Part shown: in pieces, positions 31,060 to 36,059 of the stretch | How the letters are laid out: every line of letters begins with the position of its first letter | How positions within the stretch are numbered: position 1 is the first letter of the stretch | NCBI GenBank assembly: GCA_038087875.1 | Contig: JAXLNO010000154.1 | Coordinates: 1 to 36,059, forward strand | Direction: 5' to 3' | Source of the DNA: Malacoraja senta | Lineage: Eukaryota | Length of the DNA: 36,059 bases | Position numbers and translations under genes: made by a program | The notes under the pieces: model-generated | Told to the model about the DNA's origin: nothing | Database searches by the model: none | The model's input: only the letters and a program-made list of their open reading frames with translations

Positions 31060-33262
31060 CAATTCAATTCAATTCAATCTTTAATTGTCATTGTGCAGTG
31101 TACAGTACAGAGACAACGAAATGCAGTTAGCATCTTACCCAGAAGAGCGAACTTAGGAATAATGAGCAGTAAAATATATATATGTACAGCTGTATCAGAA
31201 GGAGTATCCGGGGGGTGGAGGTGACTGGCAATCACCGAGATGCAGAGTTCAGTAGTGTAACAGCCGCAGGGAAGAAGCTGTTCCTGAACCTGCTGGTTCG
31301 GCAACGGAGGGACCTGTAGCGCCTCCCGCATGGGAGGAGGGTAAACAGTCTGTGGCTGGGGTGAGAGCACTCCTTGGCGATGCTGAGCGCCCTTCGCAGA
31401 CATCGCTTGCTTTGGACAGACAATGGAGGGGGTGCTTTGGACAGACTTAATGGAGGGCAGTGAGGAACTGGTGATGCGTTGGGCGGTTTTCACCACCCTC
31501 TGCAGTGCTTTCCGGTCGGAGACAGAGCAGTTGCCATACCATACTGTGATACAGTTGGTAAGGATGCTCTCGATGGTGCAGCGGTAGAAGTTCACCAGAA
31601 TCTGAGGAGACAGATCGATCTTCTTTAGTCTCCTCAGGAAGAGGAGACGCTGGTAAAACCTCCTTGACCAGTGTTAATGTATTGTGGGTCCAAGAGAGGT
31701 CATCAGAGATGTTGACCCCCAGAAACCTGAAGCTGGAAACACGTTCCACCTCCGACCCGTTAATATGGATGGGGGTGTGCGTGCAGCGCCTAGACCTCCT
31801 GTAGTCCACAATGAGCTCCTTGGTCTTGGAGTTAAGGGCCAGGTTGTTGTCAGCGCACCATGCTGCTAGGAGCTGAACCTCCCTATAGGCCGACTCATCG
31901 TTGTCGCTGATGAGGCCAATCACCGTTGTATCATCTGCATACTTGATGATGGTATTAGAACCATGTACAGGTGTGCAGTCGTAGGTGAAGAGGGAGTAGA
32001 GGAGTGGGCTCAGTACACAGCCCTGTGGAACGCCGGTGTTCAGGGTGAGGTTTGAAGAGGTGTGGTTGTCCAACCTAACAGACTGGGGTCTGTTAGTTAG
32101 GAAGTCCAGTAACCAGTTGCAGAGGGAGGAGTTGATGCCCAGGTCACTGAGTTTGGTGATCAGTTTTGAGGGGATAATGGTGTTGAATGCTGAGCTATAG
32201 TCGATGAACAGCATTCTCACGTAGGTGTTTGTGTTATCGAGTTGGGAGAGGGCAGAGTGGAGTGCTGTTGAGATGGCATCCTCCGTACTCCTGTTCTTGC
32301 GGTAGGCAAACTGATAGGGGTCCAGTGTGGGAGGTAGGCAGCCTTTGAGGTGTGCCAGGACCAGCCTCTCGAAGCACTTGGTGATGATGGGAGTAAGTGC
32401 AACTGGGCGGAAGTCAGTCAAGTCAAGTCAAGTCAAGTCATATTTATTTATATAGAACATTTAAAAAACAACTCTCGTTGGCCAAAGTGCTTTACATTTG
32501 TTATAAGAATAGCATAAACAAAACAAACTACATAATATATACACGTAGCCCTCACTCAGAGGACGTCAGGAAAGGCTTGGGAGTATAGATACGTTTTTAG
32601 CCTTGACTTAAAAGAGTCGATGGAGGGGGCAGTTCTGATGGGAAAGGGGATGCTGTTCCACAGTCTAGGGGCTGCAACTGCAAAGGCGCGGTCGTCCCTG
32701 AGCTTATGCCTAGACCGTGGGATATTCAGCAACCCCACGTCAGCCGATCTGAGGGGCCTGGAGGTGGAGTTGTGGGTGAGAAGACTTTTTAGGTAGGTGG
32801 GGGCAAGCCCATTGAGGGCTTTGTAGACATGGAGGAGGATCTTGAAGTTTATACGGAACCGCACAGGGAGCCAGTGGAGAGAGGCCAGGATCGGGGTGAT
32901 GTGGTCCTTTTTTGCGGGTGCCCGTCAGGAGTCTCGCTGCGGCGTTTTGGACCAGTTGCAGGCGGGACAGGGAAGATTGGCTGATGCCAGTGTAAAGGGA
33001 GTTGCAGTAATCTAGGCGGGAGGAGATGAATGTGTGGATGATCTTTTCGAGGTCATCAGACTGGAGTAATTGTTTTATTATAGCTATCGTCCAAAGCTGA
33101 AAGAAGCTAGCTTTTCCCACGGCATTGACTTGTTTGTCAAATTTCAGTGCTGAGTCAAATATCACGCCAAGTCATTAAGGCTCGCCGCAGTGGAGTGTTT
33201 TGGCACCGGCACGATGGAGGTGGTTTTAAGGCACGTGGGGACAACTGCTTGGGCAACTTGGA
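31060..33262 (-). mobile_element. Rex1/Babar LINE RT region, split by an L2 insertion
   Basis: AQAVVPTCLKTTSIVPVPKHSTAASLND (33262-33169) continues as [18 protein letters not shown]...[11 protein letters not shown]...[10 protein letters not shown]...KYADD (from 32416). It has frameshifts and a (TTGAA)n tail. Confidence 0.9.
32417..33168 (-). mobile_element. L2 LINE 3' portion nested in Rex1
   Basis: IFDSALKFDKQVN...IHTFISSRLDYCNSL...LQLVQNAAARLLT...FKSRLKTYLYSQAF, with a (TTGAC)n tail and an aagtca duplication at 32411 and 33169. Confidence 0.9.
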
Positions 33263-33630
33263 GAAACATATACAATTCTTTAGGGATTGGACAGGCTAGA
33301 TGCAAGAAAAATGTTCCCGATGTTGGGGTAGCCCATAACCAGGGGCAACACACAGTTTAAGAATTAGGGGTCAGCTATTTAGGACTGAGATGAGGAGAAC
33401 ATTTTCCACCCAGAGAGTTGTGAATCTGTGGGATTCTCGCCTCAGAAGGCAGTGGAGGCGAATTCCCTGGATGCTTTCAAGACAGTTAGAGTTAGCTCTT
33501 AGGGCTAACGGAATCAAGGGATATGGGAGAAGGCAGGAACGGGGAACTGATTGTGGATGATCATATTGAATTGCGGTACTGGCTCGAAGGGCCGAATGGT
33601 CTACTCCTGCAACTATTTTCTATGTTTCTA
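33262..33630 (+). mobile_element. CR1 LINE 3' fragment
   Basis: ggattggacaggctagatgcaagaaaaatgttcccgatgttgggg...ctcctgcaactattttctatgtttcta. Confidence 0.85.
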
Positions 33631-34034
33631 AGTGTGTGGCAAGGAACTGCAGATGCTGGTTTAAAATTGATGATGGACACAAAGTGCTGGAGTAACTCAG
33701 CGTGTCAGGCAGCAACTCTAGAGAATGTTGTTACAAAGTGCTGGAGTAACTCAGCAGATCAGGCAGCATCTATGGAGAACGTGGACAGGTACAAAGTGCT
33801 GGAGTAACTCAGTGGGTCAGGCATCTGCAGTTCCTTCCTCCACAACTCTCTGCGATTACCTGTGGGTCTTGGACGGAGCTGTTCCTAAACCGTGCTGTGA
33901 TTCATCCCGATAAAAGCCTTCTATTGTGGGGAGGGAGGGGGGAGGGAGAGAGGGAGAGAGAGAGAGAGGAAGGGGTGAGGGAGGGGGGTGAGGAGTGAAG
34001 GGAGAACTTCCCAAAACGTTAATCTGCAAGTCAA

Positions 34035-35070
34035 TAGACAACAGATGCAGGAGTAGGCCTTTCAGCCCTTCGAGATAGCACCGACATTCACTGTGATCAT
34101 GGCTGATCATCCACAATCAGTACCCCGTTCCTGTCTTCTCCCCGTATCCTCTGACACCGCTATCTTTACGAGCCCTATCTAGCTGTCTCTTGAAAGTATC
34201 CAGAGAACCGGCCTCCACCGGCCTCTGAGGCAGAGAATTCCACAGACTCACAACTCTCTGGGTGAAAAAGTGTTTCCTCATCTCCATTCTAAATGGCTTA
34301 CCCCTTATTCTTAAACTGTGGCCACTGGTTCTGACCTCCCACAACATCGGGAACATGTTTCCTGCCTCTGTCCAAACACTTAATAATCTTATATGTTTCA
34401 ATAAGATTCCCTCTCATCCTTCTAAATTCCAGAGCATACAAATCCAGCCGCTCCATTCTCTCAGCATATGACAGTCCCGCCATCTCCGGAATTAATCTTG
34501 TGAACCTACGCTGCACTCCCTCAGTAGCAAGAATGTCCTTCCTCAAATTTGAAGACCAAAGCTGCACACTTTTTGGTTTTATTGTGCTTATATGTTTTGT
34601 ATCTGCTTATAACATTTTGTAAGGCATCCTTGAGAAGTCTTTGAAAGGTGCCCATAAGTATAATGTTAATAATAATAATAACAATACTCCAGGTGTGGTC
34701 TCACTAGGGCACTATACAACTGGATAAGTTGCTCCTATACTCAACTCCTCTTGTTATGAAGGCCAACATGCCATTTGCTTTCTTCACTGCCTGCTGTATC
34801 TGCATGCTTACTTTCATTGACTGATGAACAAGGACCCCCAGATCCTGTTGTACCTCCCCTTTTTCCAACTTGACACCATTCAAATAGTAATCTGCCTTCC
34901 TGTTTTTGCTACCAAAGTGGATAACTTCACGTTTATCCACATTTAACTGCATCTGCCATGCATCTGCCCACTCACCCAACCAGTCCAAGTCACCCTGCAT
35001 TCTCATAGCATCCTCCTCACAGTTCACACTGCCACCCAGCTTTGTGTCATCTGCAAATTTCCTAATGTTA
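34035..35070 (-). mobile_element. CR1 LINE RT/3' portion, interrupted near 34570-34682 by an L2-like tail
   Basis: CEEDAMRMQGDLDWLGEWADAWQMQLNVDK...; RKDILATEGVQRRFTRLIP...; FFTQRVVSLWNSLPQ. Confidence 0.88.
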
Positions 35071-35089
35071 CTTGTTTACAAAAACAAGC

Positions 35090-35675
35090 TCTATGAGGCG
35101 CTGGTCCGGTCGCATTCGGTGTAACTGTGAGCAATTTTGGGCCCCATATCTGAGGAAGGATGTGCCGGCTCTGGAGAGGGTCCAGAGGAGGTTCACGGCA
35201 ACAGATCCCAGGAATGAGTGGGTTAACGTACGATGAGCGTTTGTCGGCGCTGGACCTGTACTCGCTGGAGTTTAGAAGAACGAGGGGGGGGGGGGGACCT
35301 CATTGAAACTTTAGAAAACAGTGAAAGGCCTGGATACAGTGGATGTGGAGAGGATATTTCCACGAGTGGGAGAGTCTAGGACCAGAGGGCACAGCCTCAG
35401 AATTAAAGGACGTCCCTTCAGGAAGGAAATGAGGGGGAATTTATTAGCCAGAGGGTGGGGAATCTGTGGGATTCACAAATGGCGGTGGAGGCCAAAAGTC
35501 AGTGGGTATTTTTAACGCAGAGATAGGTGGTTTAATTGGTGATTAGTGGGGGTGTCAGGGGTTATGCGGAGAAGGCAGGAGAATGGGCTAGGAGGGAGAT
35601 AGATCAGCCTTTTTTGAATGGCGTACACTTGATGGGTTGAATGGCCTAATTATGTTCCTATCACTTATGACCTTA
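35090..35675 (+). mobile_element. Older CR1 LINE 3' fragment
   Basis: LYEALVRSH..; KGLDTVDVERIFPRVGESRTRGHSLRIKG; 3' ttatgacc-type tail. Confidence 0.8.
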
Positions 35676-35679
35676 TGTG

Positions 35680-36012
35680 GGAGAGTAGGGAGAGGGAGGG
35701 GGAGTGAGAGAGCGGGAGTGAGAGAAAGGGGTAGAGGGTGAGAGGGAAGGGGCGAGAGCAAAGGAAGAGACAGGGGGGAGAGATTGGGGAGAGAGACAGA
35801 GGAGGGGAGAGAGAGGAGGAGAGAGAAAGAGAGGGGGAGAGAGACGGGGAGAGAGACGGGGAGAGAGGGAGTGGGGAGGGAGGGGGGGAAGAAGAGGGGG
35901 AGGGGATGGAGAGGGGGGAAGAGAGAGGGGTAGAGGGGGGGAGAGGGAGGGGTAGAGGAGGGGAGAGGGAGAGGAGGAGAGGGGAGAGGGAGGAGCAGGG
36001 GAGGGAGGGGAA
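35680..36012. repeat. Polypurine (GA-rich) low-complexity tract
   Basis: About 330 nt, almost exclusively G/A. Similar shorter tracts lie at 26640-26790 and 33925-34000. Confidence 0.95.
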
Positions 36013-36059
36013 TCCTGCAGGCATGGCCACTTTCATTTCACTGTACATCTTGTATGTGT

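Overview
Repeat-dense vertebrate genomic DNA, most likely from a cartilaginous fish such as a skate or ray (inferred from HE1-type V-SINEs with (TAAAC)n tails plus abundant CR1, L2, Rex1 and Penelope repeats). I see no complete intact host gene, and most ORF-track entries are transposon fragments, their antisense shadows, or GC-rich/microsatellite artefacts. Main non-repeat content: (1) a minus-strand PRDM9-like relic at 13790-15769, with a frameshifted PRDM9/SSX-type KRAB exon, an exon fusing the start of the C-terminal PR/SET segment to the post-SET zinc finger, a CR1 insertion and a decayed C2H2 array; (2) two further related C2H2 zinc-finger remnants; (3) a CpG island with first-exon-like splice donors on both strands and a 70-nt hairpin; (4) a ~54-bp minisatellite carrying a CTCF-type core in almost every unit. 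Repeat-level highlights: two near-identical young CR1 LINEs in opposite orientation with a T_TTA_AAC slippery heptamer at the ORF1 stop, about ten Penelope-associated hammerhead-like cores, a Vingi-like LINE, a candidate solo LTR and nested insertions. All family calls come from recognising motifs by eye, not from database searches, and repeat boundaries are approximate.
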